From NCBI GenBank assembly GCA_004297215.1, contig SCUM01000002.1, positions 6,270-70,269 on the forward strand: a stretch of DNA of 64,000 nt, in the 5' to 3' direction. How positions within the stretch are numbered: position 1 is the first letter of the stretch; the number at the start of each line of letters is the position of its first letter. The notes beneath the pieces were generated by a model. That model did not search any database. It was not told the DNA's origin and saw only the letters and a program-made list of their open reading frames with translations. This stretch comes from Patescibacteria group bacterium (lineage in GTDB: Bacteria; Patescibacteriota; Patescibacteriia; UBA9934; GWF2-40-263). Below, in pieces: positions 37,326-45,877 of the stretch. Made by a program: the position numbers and the translations under genes.

Positions 37326-37922
37326 TCAACTTGCGAGGATCGCGGACGGGCTCTCGACACCGAAGGCGCTGCCGAGGTAGTAGTGGTTCCAGAGCCACTG
37401 CCTGCCGAGCCAGTACAGGTACCGGACGAACAGGCGGCCGCCGGAGCCGCGATAGATGGTTCCCCAGAAGAGAATGTGATGGGTGTTGCCGTTCTCATCC
37501 TGCTTCCAGGAAGCGGGGATCAGGTTGGTGTTGTCGAGCAGGTGGTCGAGAACGTTGGCGTTCAAGACCGGCTTGCCCTTGAGCTTCGTGCGAAGCTCGT
37601 TGCCGACGATGCCCTTCTTCTCCTTCTGCGCCTCGTCGAGGTACAACGCGATCTTCGACGGGTCAAAGTCGAGCTGGCCACCCTTCACGTGCTCCACGAC
37701 CTTCCAGCCGTCGAGGCACGTGGGCGACGCATCGCAGTCGATGAGCGAGCGCAGGCCTTTGGGGACGGCGTCGAAGTTGCCCTCGACAATCTGCTGCAGC
37801 GCGTCCATCACCGCCTGCGGATCGAGCGGGCTGCCGTCCGCCACGCAGAGCTGGCGCTTGATGTCGCTCATGCGACGGTCGATCGTTCTGTACTGGTCGC
37901 CGGAGACAGGAAATCCCGCCAT
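37326..37922 (-). CDS. Hypothetical protein; candidate DGR-type variable protein
   Basis: 198 aa, strong SD AGGAGG; aromatic-rich C-terminus FWGTIYR..VRYLYW..WLW. Confidence 0.75.
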   Translation of the reverse strand: MAGFPVSGDQYRTIDRRMSDIKRQLCVADGSPLDPQAVMDALQQIVEGNFDAVPKGLRSLIDCDASPTCLDGWKVVEHVKGGQLDFDPSKIALYLDEAQKEKKGIVGNELRTKLKGKPVLNANVLDHLLDNTNLIPASWKQDENGNTHHILFWGTIYRGSGGRLFVRYLYWLGRQWLWNHYYLGSAFGVESPSAILAS

Positions 37923-38110
37923 GACAACCTCCTATAAACCACTCCGGTTTGTTCCTTAACATGCAACCGCATGTTTTGGAACTCACCTATGTCGAGAGTG
38001 GCATCCTGGGGCCGAACTTCAGCCTCAAGATGCCACTTTCAACACCACTTTCCATAGAATGAACGAGGTCGAAATGTACCGCAAAAATGACTTTCTGTCA
38101 ATCGTCAAGC

Positions 38111-38617
38111 CTAACCCTTGAACCCGATCTCCGGTTTCGGCTCATCGTCCGTAGCAAGCAGGCGACGGATCGCATCGAACACGACGCGGAATTGCTCGTC
38201 GTAGTGCTTCTCGAGCGCTTCCAGCTTGAGGCGGAGAGACTGGTTGTCGGCGACCATTTCGCGGAGTTTCGTGAAGGTGCGGATGATCTGGATGTTGACG
38301 GCGATGGCTTGCTTGCTCTTCAGGACGCTGGAGAGCATGGCGACTCCTTGCTCGGTGAACACGTAAGGCGGCCGGCGCAGACCCATCCTCGCGAAATTGG
38401 AGGTCACAAATTGTGACCTCCAATTCTCCATTTCCTGAACGGTCATTTCAAACATGAAATCGGCAGGAAAACGTTCGATATTCCTGTTCACTGACTGCTT
38501 CAGGGTCTTTGTGACCACCCCATAAAGAATGGCGAGGTCATAATCCAACATCACCTTTTTCCCTCTCATCAGATAAATCTTATTCTCGATTCGTTCCGCG
38601 GGAATGACATCAGGCAT
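38111..38617 (-). CDS. ORF6N-domain DNA-binding protein
   Basis: IYLMRGKKVMLD.DLA.LYGV.TK.L.Q.V.RN..RFP.DFMF, PYVFTEQGVAMLSSVL. Confidence 0.88.
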   Translation of the reverse strand: MPDVIPAERIENKIYLMRGKKVMLDYDLAILYGVVTKTLKQSVNRNIERFPADFMFEMTVQEMENWRSQFVTSNFARMGLRRPPYVFTEQGVAMLSSVLKSKQAIAVNIQIIRTFTKLREMVADNQSLRLKLEALEKHYDEQFRVVFDAIRRLLATDDEPKPEIGFKG

Positions 38618-38718
38618 ACAGAAAATAAAACGACCCCCCAACACGGAGGGTCGTATGAATTGTTAAAGTCATTCCATCAGAAAAAGACGTTTTCGTCAAT
38701 GGTTTTCCTGTGGATGAA

Positions 38719-38747
38719 TTGACGATTCCCCATTTTCGGGGCACTAT
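38719..38747 (+). promoter_or_regulatory. Putative promoter for topA, very short leader
   Basis: TTGACG-N17-CACTAT, 7 nt before ATG. Confidence 0.45.
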
Positions 38748-38754
38748 CGGCCCT

Positions 38755-41043
38755 ATGCCTAAGACACTCGTCATCGTGGAGTCGCCCACCAAGGCGAAGA
38801 CGATCTCCAAATTCCTGGGGAAGGACTACAAGGTCCTGTCTTCTTTCGGCCATGTGCGCGACCTGCCGGCCTCCAAGACCGGCGTGGACGTGAAGCATGG
38901 GTTCAAACCCACCTACGAGGTGCCGGAGCGCGCCGAAAAGCACGTCGCGGCATTGAAGGCCGCGGCCAAGGACGCGGACGAGGTGATGCTCGCGACCGAC
39001 GAAGACCGCGAAGGAGAGGCCATCGCCTGGCACATCGCGGAGATCCTGAAGCTCGACGAGGCGAAGGCGAAGCGCATCACCTTCCACGAGATCACCAAGC
39101 ACGCCATCGAGGCGGCGCTCTCGCATCCGCGCACGCTGCACATGGACATGGTGCACGCCCAGCAGATGCGTCGCATCCTCGACCGGCTCGTGGGCTACGA
39201 GCTCTCGCCTCTCCTCTGGAAGAAGGTGCGCCGCGGGCTCTCCGCCGGGCGCGTGCAATCCGTCGCCGTCCGATTGGTCGTCGAGCGCGAACGCGAGCGC
39301 GACGCGTTCAAGGTGGACGAGTTCTGGACGATCGACGCGTCGTTCGAAAAAGGCGGCGTGGCGTTCGACGGGAAGCTGTCGACGATCGACGGGAAGAAGC
39401 TGGACAAGCTCGACGTGAAGACGGGTGCCGACGCGGCGAACATCGTCGACGGCCTCAAAGGCGCGTCGTACGCCGTCACTGCCGTCGAACAGAAGCGCAT
39501 CACGAAGGCCCCCCCGATCCCCTTCACCACTTCCTCCCTTCAGATCGAGGCCAACGGCAAGCTTGGCATGAGCGCCAAGCAGACCATGACGCTCGCGCAA
39601 AAGCTGTACGAGACGGGGCGCATCACCTACATGCGAACGGACTCGACGAACCTCGCGGAAAAATTCCTCGGCGAGACGCAGACCTATCTCAAGGGCGCTT
39701 TTGGCGAGAAGTACGCGACCGGCGCGCGCACCTATAAGACCGACAAGAAGGGGGCGCAGGAGGCGCACGAGGCGATCCGCCCCACCGACCCGTCGGTGAC
39801 GCCCGATTCGATCAAAGGCGACCTGGACTCGGGCGAGTTCCGGCTCTACGACCTCATTTGGCGCCGCACGCTCGCCACCCAGATGCCCAACGCCGAGCTC
39901 GAGCGCACGGGCGTGGACATCGCCGCCGCGCGCTACGGCTTCCGCACCAACGGCAACTCCGTGCGCTTCGACGGGTACATGAAGGTGTACCGCTCCGCGC
40001 AGGAGAAGGTGCTGCCTGCGCTTGCGAAGGGCGATGCGGTCACCGCCACGGCCATCGTGCCCACGCAACATTTCACCGAGCCGCCGGCTCGCTATTCCGA
40101 CGCTACCCTTGTGAAGGTGATGGAAGAGCACGGCATCGGCCGCCCTTCCACCTATGCTCCGACCATCTCCACCATCGAGGCCCGCGAATACGTGGAACGC
40201 GATGACAACAAGAAATTGAAACCGACCGAAGTGGCCGGCATCGTCACCGACCTGCTTAAGGAGCATTTTCCCGACATCGTGGACTATGCCTTCACGGCCA
40301 AGATGGAGAAGACCCTCGACGACGTGGCCGAAGGAACCGAGAAGTGGGCGCCGGCCCTCAAGGAATTCTACGAGCCGTTCCATGAGCGCATCACCGAGAA
40401 GACCGGCAGCCTCAAGCGCGAGGAGGTGCTCAAGGAACGCTCCCTCGGGATCGATCCCGCAAGCGGCCTCGAGGTGTTCGTGAAGAGCGGCAGGTTCGGC
40501 GCGTTCGTGCAGCTTGGAGAATGGAAGGAGGAGGACCGCAAGGCGAAGGTGAACAAGCCTCGTAGCGGCTCCCTGCCCCGCGACGTGAACATGGACACGG
40601 TGACCCTCGAGACGGCGCTCAAGGTGCTCGAACTCCCGCGCGAGGTCGGGTCCATGGATGACGGGATGGCAATCGAGGCCAACGTCGGCCGGTTCGGCCC
40701 GTACCTCAAGTTCGGCAAGGCGTACGTGAGCCTCCCGCCCGCCTTCGACCCGCGCACCGTGTCGCTTACGGACGCCAAGCGCATCATCGCCGAAGGGGTC
40801 GAGCGCAAGCGCAAGATGATGGAGCCGCTTGCCACCCTGGGCGAGGATCCCGAAACGAAGGGGACGATCCAGGTGAAGGACGGGCGCTACGGCCCCTACG
40901 TCACGGACGGCAAGACGAACGCCACCGTCAAGAAAGGAACCGACCCGAAGACGGTCACGCTCGAAGAAGCGATCGCCCTGCTCGCGAAGAAACGCGCGGC
41001 TCCCAAACGGACATGGAGCAGGAAGACAAAACTTGAAACATGA
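38755..41043 (+). CDS. topA: DNA topoisomerase I (type IA) with C-terminal Topo_C repeats, no Zn ribbons
   Basis: LVIVESP.KAK, ATDEDREGE, SAGRVQS, ITYMRTDS, QEAHEAIRPT; GRFGAFV/GRFGPY/GRYGPY repeats. Confidence 0.97.
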   Translation: MPKTLVIVESPTKAKTISKFLGKDYKVLSSFGHVRDLPASKTGVDVKHGFKPTYEVPERAEKHVAALKAAAKDADEVMLATDEDREGEAIAWHIAEILKLDEAKAKRITFHEITKHAIEAALSHPRTLHMDMVHAQQMRRILDRLVGYELSPLLWKKVRRGLSAGRVQSVAVRLVVERERERDAFKVDEFWTIDASFEKGGVAFDGKLSTIDGKKLDKLDVKTGADAANIVDGLKGASYAVTAVEQKRITKAPPIPFTTSSLQIEANGKLGMSAKQTMTLAQKLYETGRITYMRTDSTNLAEKFLGETQTYLKGAFGEKYATGARTYKTDKKGAQEAHEAIRPTDPSVTPDSIKGDLDSGEFRLYDLIWRRTLATQMPNAELERTGVDIAAARYGFRTNGNSVRFDGYMKVYRSAQEKVLPALAKGDAVTATAIVPTQHFTEPPARYSDATLVKVMEEHGIGRPSTYAPTISTIEAREYVERDDNKKLKPTEVAGIVTDLLKEHFPDIVDYAFTAKMEKTLDDVAEGTEKWAPALKEFYEPFHERITEKTGSLKREEVLKERSLGIDPASGLEVFVKSGRFGAFVQLGEWKEEDRKAKVNKPRSGSLPRDVNMDTVTLETALKVLELPREVGSMDDGMAIEANVGRFGPYLKFGKAYVSLPPAFDPRTVSLTDAKRIIAEGVERKRKMMEPLATLGEDPETKGTIQVKDGRYGPYVTDGKTNATVKKGTDPKTVTLEEAIALLAKKRAAPKRTWSRKTKLET

Positions 41044-41165
41044 AAACTTGAAATCTTGAAAGGACACGTGAAAAGAAGAAAGGCGAAACATTTTAAAACG
41101 TTTCGCCTTTTGTTTCGTCCTTTCACGTGTTCATTGGTACTTCAAGTTTTCATATTTCAAGTTTT
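41028..41165. repeat. ~135-bp palindromic element with AAAACTTGAA / TTCAAGTTTT ends
   Basis: Same termini as 9044-9176; overlaps the last codons and stop of topA. Confidence 0.7.
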
Positions 41166-41166
41166 T

Positions 41167-41646
41167 CTAATGATGTCCTCCGCCTCCTTTCTTTCCATGG
41201 TCGCCTGTCTTGGCGTGGCCATGGTCCTCTTTCTTCTCATGCCCGGTTCCTCCGTCCCCGATCAGGCCGATCTTTTCCGCGCCCCACAAGAGGAAGCCGC
41301 CGATGAACGGCACTTCGCCGATCGCCTTCATGTGCTTCTCGCCCCACTTCTCAAGCGAGTGAAGCGACTTGTCGAGGCCGCCCATCCCCTTTTCGACGGC
41401 CCCGAGCGCGGCGACCGGGGTCGCGTAGAAGGCGTCCGCCGCCTTTTTTTCGACGGACTCCGCAAGACGGTACGCCTTGTCTTCGGCGCCCATGATCAAT
41501 GAAGGCTTCTTGTCTTCTTCGTAGTCCTTAAGAGCCTCTCGGATGTTCTTCGCGTGTGCCGCCGCGTCGAGAGAGGGCGCCGGGGCGTCGCGCCGCCTAT
41601 CAGGCGCGTCGCGCAGGTCTGGCCTTGGTGCCGAATCGATGGACAT
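41167..41646 (-). CDS. Hypothetical protein with His/Gly-rich C-terminal tail
   Basis: 159 aa, TATG start, fills the topA-RSH gap. Confidence 0.65.
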   Translation of the reverse strand: MSIDSAPRPDLRDAPDRRRDAPAPSLDAAAHAKNIREALKDYEEDKKPSLIMGAEDKAYRLAESVEKKAADAFYATPVAALGAVEKGMGGLDKSLHSLEKWGEKHMKAIGEVPFIGGFLLWGAEKIGLIGDGGTGHEKKEDHGHAKTGDHGKKGGGGHH

Positions 41647-41735
41647 AGGGGTGTGGATATGTTTGCCTCATGATAGCACGGCTTTACAGACCATTCGCGC
41701 GGGCATACCGTATCTCATGCACGCCCTGAACGCCT

Positions 41736-43241
41736 ATGCCGGAAATCGTGCATACCTTCGAGGAATTGGCCGCCTTGGTCAGGCGAACGTACCGCGCGCC
41801 GGATTTGGATTTGCTGCGCCGCGCGTATGAGCTGGCGGCGGAGGCGCACAAGGGGGAGAAACGCGAGACCGGGCATCCGTTCATCACGCATCCGCTCGCG
41901 GTCGCCTACAAGCTGGTGGAAATGGGGATGCACGTGAACGTGGTCACGGCCGGGCTCCTCCACGACGTCATCGAGGACACCGGGATCGAGCTCGACGAGG
42001 TGCGCGAGAAGTTCGGGCCCGACGTGGCCGCGCTGGTGGACAGCGTCACCAAGCTGAAGAAGATCAAGTACCAAGGGGTGGAGCGCTACGTGGAGAACAT
42101 GCGCAAGATGTTCCTCGCCATGGCCTCCGACGTGCGCGTGGTGTTCATCAAGTTCGCCGACCGCCTCCACAACCTGCAGACGCTCTACGCGCAGCCCGAG
42201 CATAAGCAGCTGCGCACCTCGCGCGAGGTGATGGACATCTACGCCCCCATCGCGGGACGCCTGGGCATGGGCGAGATGAAAGGCGACCTGGAGGACCTCG
42301 CCTTCGCCTACCTCCAGCCCAAGGACTACGAGCGCGTGCGCCGTATCATGGAGACCCGCGTCCGCGAGAAGGGCGCCTACGTGGACCGCATGATCGCGCG
42401 CACCCATGCGGTGCTTGCGGGAGCCGGGCTTTCCGAGGCGCAGGTGCACGGGCGCGTGAAGCGCATCTATTCCCTATTCCGCAAGCTCACCAAGTACGGC
42501 AACGACCTGTCCAAGGTGTACGACGTGATCGCGGTGCGCATCATGGTGGGAGACGTGGAGAAATGCTACGCGGCGCTGGGCGTACTGCACCAGGCCTGGA
42601 AGCCGCTCCCCGGCCGCGTGAAGGATTACATCGCCCAGCCCAAGCCCAACAACTACCAGTCGCTGCACACCACCGTGTTCGGCGACGAAGGCGAGATCGT
42701 GGAGTTCCAGATCCGCACCCAAGAGATGCATGAGATGGCCGAGTTCGGCATCGCGGCGCACTGGCGGTACAAGGAGGCCGGCATGCGCCCCACGGAGAAC
42801 CTGCGCTGGATGGAAGAGCTCGCGGCCATCCAAAAGGAGATCGCCGGCAAGGAAGGGTTCCTGGAGCGCCTCGAGGCGATGAAGATCGACGTGTTCAAGG
42901 ACCGCATCTTCGTGTTCACTCCCAAGGGGGACGTGATCGACCTGCCCGACGGCGCCACGGCCGTGGATTTCGCCTTCGCCATCCACAGCGAGATCGGGAA
43001 CAAGATGACGAGCGTGAAGGTGAACGAGCGCCTCGCGAACCTGGATACGGTCCTGTACTCCGGAGACATCATCGAGGTGGTGACCGACCGCAACCGCAAG
43101 GGCCCGAATCCGGACTGGCTGAAATACGCCAAGACCCGCCACGCGCGCGAGAAGATCAAGGACGCCACCAAGCACAACGTGAAAGGCTGGCTCGCGGGCA
43201 TGCTCCACGGTCGCGAGAAGAAAGGTGAAGAGGCACGATGA
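41736..43241 (+). CDS. RelA/SpoT family (p)ppGpp synthetase/hydrolase (HD + SYNTH + TGS)
   Basis: HPLAVA, LLHDVIED, IKFADRLHN, RVKDYI..PK.N.YQSLHT, QIRT, VFTPKG, DFAFAIH. Confidence 0.93.
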   Translation: MPEIVHTFEELAALVRRTYRAPDLDLLRRAYELAAEAHKGEKRETGHPFITHPLAVAYKLVEMGMHVNVVTAGLLHDVIEDTGIELDEVREKFGPDVAALVDSVTKLKKIKYQGVERYVENMRKMFLAMASDVRVVFIKFADRLHNLQTLYAQPEHKQLRTSREVMDIYAPIAGRLGMGEMKGDLEDLAFAYLQPKDYERVRRIMETRVREKGAYVDRMIARTHAVLAGAGLSEAQVHGRVKRIYSLFRKLTKYGNDLSKVYDVIAVRIMVGDVEKCYAALGVLHQAWKPLPGRVKDYIAQPKPNNYQSLHTTVFGDEGEIVEFQIRTQEMHEMAEFGIAAHWRYKEAGMRPTENLRWMEELAAIQKEIAGKEGFLERLEAMKIDVFKDRIFVFTPKGDVIDLPDGATAVDFAFAIHSEIGNKMTSVKVNERLANLDTVLYSGDIIEVVTDRNRKGPNPDWLKYAKTRHAREKIKDATKHNVKGWLAGMLHGREKKGEEAR

Positions 43242-43242
43242 C

Positions 43243-43267
43243 AAAAACGGGCCGTCGGCCCGTTTTT
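43243..43267. terminator. Bidirectional terminator between RSH and parB
   Basis: AAAAACGGGCC-GTC-GGCCCGTTTTT. Confidence 0.8.
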
Positions 43268-43268
43268 C

Positions 43269-44117
43269 CTATTCCGACAGCTTGTCCAAGAGGTCGATCA
43301 ACTCCTCTTTCGAATAGAACTCGATCGTGATCTTCCCCTTTCCTCCCTTTTCCTGGATGGAGACTTTCGTCCCGAGAATCTCCCGCAGGCGCTTCTCGTG
43401 CGCGGCGATGTTCGGGTCTTTCTTCCCGGCGCTCGACGGCCTCTTTCCCGCGCTCGCGTGGCTCACGCGCGCTTCGGCCTCGCGCACCGAGACGCCGCCT
43501 GAGAGCATCGCCTGGTACAAGGCGCGGCGCTTGGCCTCGTCCGGCTCGGCAAGGAGCGTGCGCGCATGGCTCTTGGAGAGCCTCCCGCCGCGGATGGCGA
43601 TGAGCATCTCCTCGGGAAGGTCGAGCAGGCGCAGGACGTTCGCCACCGCGCTGCGGCTCTTGCCCACGCGCTTGGCCGTGTCTTCCTGGGTAAAATTGAA
43701 CTCCTCGATGAGCGCCTTGTACGCAAGCGCCTCCTCGACGGCGTTCAGGTCCGCGCGCTGCACGTTCTCGATGAGCGCCCATTCGAGCTTCTGCTGCTCG
43801 GTGGCGTCGCGCACGATGGCCGGCACCGTGCCCAGCCCGGCCGCCATGCTCGCGCGCAGGCGCCGCTCGCCGGCCACGAGCTCGTACCCGCCCTGCACGC
43901 GCGTGACGATCACCGGCTGGAGCACCCCGTGCTCCTTGATGGACGCGACGAGGTCCGCGAGCTCCTCCGGCGCGAAATGCGCGCGCGGCTGGCGCGGGTT
44001 TGGGCGGACCTGGGCGACCGGGATCTCCGTCACCTCGCGGCGCGCCGAAGGGATCACCTGTTCGGTGATCGTCTGCTTTCCGGGAATAAGCGAACCCAAC
44101 CCCCTTCCGAGCGCCAT
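43269..44117 (-). CDS. parB: Chromosome partitioning protein ParB (Spo0J)
   Basis: LGRGLGSLI, NPRQPR, AGERRLRA, ENVQRADL, GKSRSAVAN. Confidence 0.96.
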   Translation of the reverse strand: MALGRGLGSLIPGKQTITEQVIPSARREVTEIPVAQVRPNPRQPRAHFAPEELADLVASIKEHGVLQPVIVTRVQGGYELVAGERRLRASMAAGLGTVPAIVRDATEQQKLEWALIENVQRADLNAVEEALAYKALIEEFNFTQEDTAKRVGKSRSAVANVLRLLDLPEEMLIAIRGGRLSKSHARTLLAEPDEAKRRALYQAMLSGGVSVREAEARVSHASAGKRPSSAGKKDPNIAAHEKRLREILGTKVSIQEKGGKGKITIEFYSKEELIDLLDKLSE

Positions 44118-44127
44118 AGTCGATCCA

Positions 44128-44901
44128 TTATATCACCCCTTCCTCTCTCATGATGAATTCCCTCGCGAGACGCTCATACGCCTTGGCCGCCTTGGAACCC
44201 GGATCGTACTGCTGGATGGTCTTCCCGAAGCTCGGCGCCTCCGCGAGCCTCACGCTCCTCGGGATGACGGATCGGAAGATCTTGTTCGGAAAATAGCGGT
44301 AGAGCTCCTCGAGCACCTCCTTGGACAGCCGCGTGCGCGAGTCGTACATGGTGATCACCGCGCCCATCACGTCAAGCTCCGGCTTCACGTTCTCCTTGAT
44401 GAGGTTGATGGTGTTGAGGAGCTGTCCTACCCCTTCGAGCGCGAAGTATTCCGCCTGCACCGGGATGAGCACCGAATCGGCGGCCACGAACCCGTTGAGC
44501 GTGATGATGCCGAGGCTCGGCGGCAGGTCGATGATGACGTAGTCGTAGTCGTTCTTCACTTCAAGCAGCGCCTTGCGCAAGAAATGCTCGCGGTCGGCCA
44601 CCGTGACGAGCTCCACGGCCGCCCCGGCGAGCGCCTGGGTGGCAGGAAGCACCTTGAGCCCCTCGTGCGTGGTCGGCAGCACGGCGTTGCGGGCCGGCAC
44701 GGCGCCCACGAGCGCCTCGTACACGCCGTGAGGAATCGTCCGGTGATCGATACCGAGCCCCGAGGAGGCGTTCGCTTGCGGGTCGAGGTCCACGAGCAGC
44801 ACGAACTTGCCGGCGTCGGCAAGGTACGCCGCCAGGTTCACGGACGTGGTGGTCTTCCCCACCCCGCCCTTCTGGTTCGCGATCGCCACGACATGCCCCA
44901 T
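44128..44901 (-). CDS. parA: Chromosome partitioning ATPase ParA (Soj)
   Basis: ANQKGGVGKTTT, DLDPQAN, IDLPPSLG, PVQAEY, LAEAPSFG; start re-placed at 44901. Confidence 0.96.
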   Translation of the reverse strand: MGHVVAIANQKGGVGKTTTSVNLAAYLADAGKFVLLVDLDPQANASSGLGIDHRTIPHGVYEALVGAVPARNAVLPTTHEGLKVLPATQALAGAAVELVTVADREHFLRKALLEVKNDYDYVIIDLPPSLGIITLNGFVAADSVLIPVQAEYFALEGVGQLLNTINLIKENVKPELDVMGAVITMYDSRTRLSKEVLEELYRYFPNKIFRSVIPRSVRLAEAPSFGKTIQQYDPGSKAAKAYERLAREFIMREEGVI

Positions 44902-44956
44902 ATCGCGGGTAGTATAGAGGAGGGGGGAGGAAAGCGGAAGGGTGAAAAATGGCGGG

Positions 44957-44985
44957 TTGACACCCGATTCTCGCTGCCCTAAGGT
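44957..44985 (+). promoter_or_regulatory. Putative sigma70 promoter divergent from parA
   Basis: TTGACA-N17-TAAGGT. Confidence 0.5.
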
Positions 44986-45188
44986 CTTCCGGTCAGCCAT
45001 CAAGGTCATGGACCGAGAAAAGGACACGTTTCAATACCAGGCAATGCCCCTGCGGTTGTCCACCGCCCGGAAGAGAGACGTGAAACCTGGCTGTACGCTT
45101 AAAGAGGAGGAAGGCTGCGATCCGAGGATGCTGCAGATCCGAGGATTGGGCGGGATCCGCCGTAGGGGCTCTTTTCATGGGAGGGAAC

Positions 45189-45587
45189 ATGGCTCGGATC
45201 CGTCATCGCAAACGGATCGGCCTGAACCCTGATCCGGACTACGAACTCGTACTCGAAGAGTATCGGACGCGCGTGCGTGCGACCGTGTCATTCGAGGCCG
45301 TGCTGAAGCGCCTCGGCTATACCTTCCGGAAGACCGCGCACGGGAACCTGGTTCGATGCTGCCTCTTCCACGCAGAGAAGAGCCCGTCGCTCCGGTTCGT
45401 GACGCGCGCCGGATTCTTCTACTGCCACGGCTGCAAGGCGGCCGGCGACGCGGTCGAGTTGGTCCGCAGACGGCTCGGTTCGCACGGCGCGTTCAAATTC
45501 TTCCGTCGCCACTTCGGCATCGAACCGCCGAACAACCGGAAGTTCTATCTCGACCGGCTGAAAGCGCGCGGCGTATGGCTTCCTTGA
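45189..45587 (+). CDS. Stand-alone CHC2 zinc-finger protein (DnaG zinc-binding-domain-like)
   Basis: CLFHAEKSPSL..FYCHGC..GD matches primase CPFHxEKTPS..CFGC; SD GGAGG. Confidence 0.75.
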   Translation: MARIRHRKRIGLNPDPDYELVLEEYRTRVRATVSFEAVLKRLGYTFRKTAHGNLVRCCLFHAEKSPSLRFVTRAGFFYCHGCKAAGDAVELVRRRLGSHGAFKFFRRHFGIEPPNNRKFYLDRLKARGVWLP

Positions 45588-45643
45588 TCCGACGGTCTGA
45601 CCGTCGGATTTTTTATAACAAAAACACCCGTCCGGAGAGCGGG

Positions 45644-45664
45644 GTCCTTCGACAAGCTCAGGAC
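45644..45664. repeat. REP-like element GTCCTTCGACAAGCTCAGGAC
   Basis: Family copies at 1609-1629 and 51238-51261. Confidence 0.65.
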
Positions 45665-45694
45665 AAAAAATCCTCTCCGAAGAGAGGATTTTTT
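45665..45694. terminator. Terminator downstream of the tRNA cluster
   Basis: AAAAAATCCTCT-CCGAAG-AGAGGATTTTTT. Confidence 0.75.
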
Positions 45695-45770
45695 GGTTGC
45701 GGGGGCGGGATTTGAACCCGCGACCTCCAGGTTATGAGCCTGGCGAGCTGCCTGGCTGCTCTACCCCGCG
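45694..45770 (-). tRNA. Initiator tRNA-fMet(CAT)
   Basis: 5' CGCGGGG..CCCGCA-A-CCA with C1:A72 mismatch; loop CT-CAT-AA. Confidence 0.93.
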
Positions 45771-45791
45771 ATCATTCTGCGTTGAGAATCC

Positions 45792-45868
45792 TGGTAGCTG
45801 GGGCCGGGATCGAACCGGCGACCTCAGGCTTATGAGTCCCGCGCTCTAACCAACTGAGCTACCCAGCC
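45792..45868 (-). tRNA. tRNA(CAT): elongator Met or Ile2
   Basis: GGCTGGG..CCCAGCT-A-CCA; loop CT-CAT-AA; T-loop GGTTCGATCCC. Confidence 0.88.
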
Positions 45869-45877
45869 ATAACCTCG

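Noticed and set aside
38111-38617. Prophage implied by the ORF6N gene or the CHC2 finger
   Set aside because: No integrase, terminase, capsid or other phage genes nearby; isolated genes only
43269-45000. parS site or replication origin near parAB
   Set aside because: No TGTTTCACGTGAAACA-like palindrome or DnaA-box cluster was recognised by eye
44990-45185. SRP RNA or RNase P RNA
   Set aside because: Lacks the SRP helix-8 motif and the RNase P GAGGAAAGUCC signature; kept only as an unknown leader candidate
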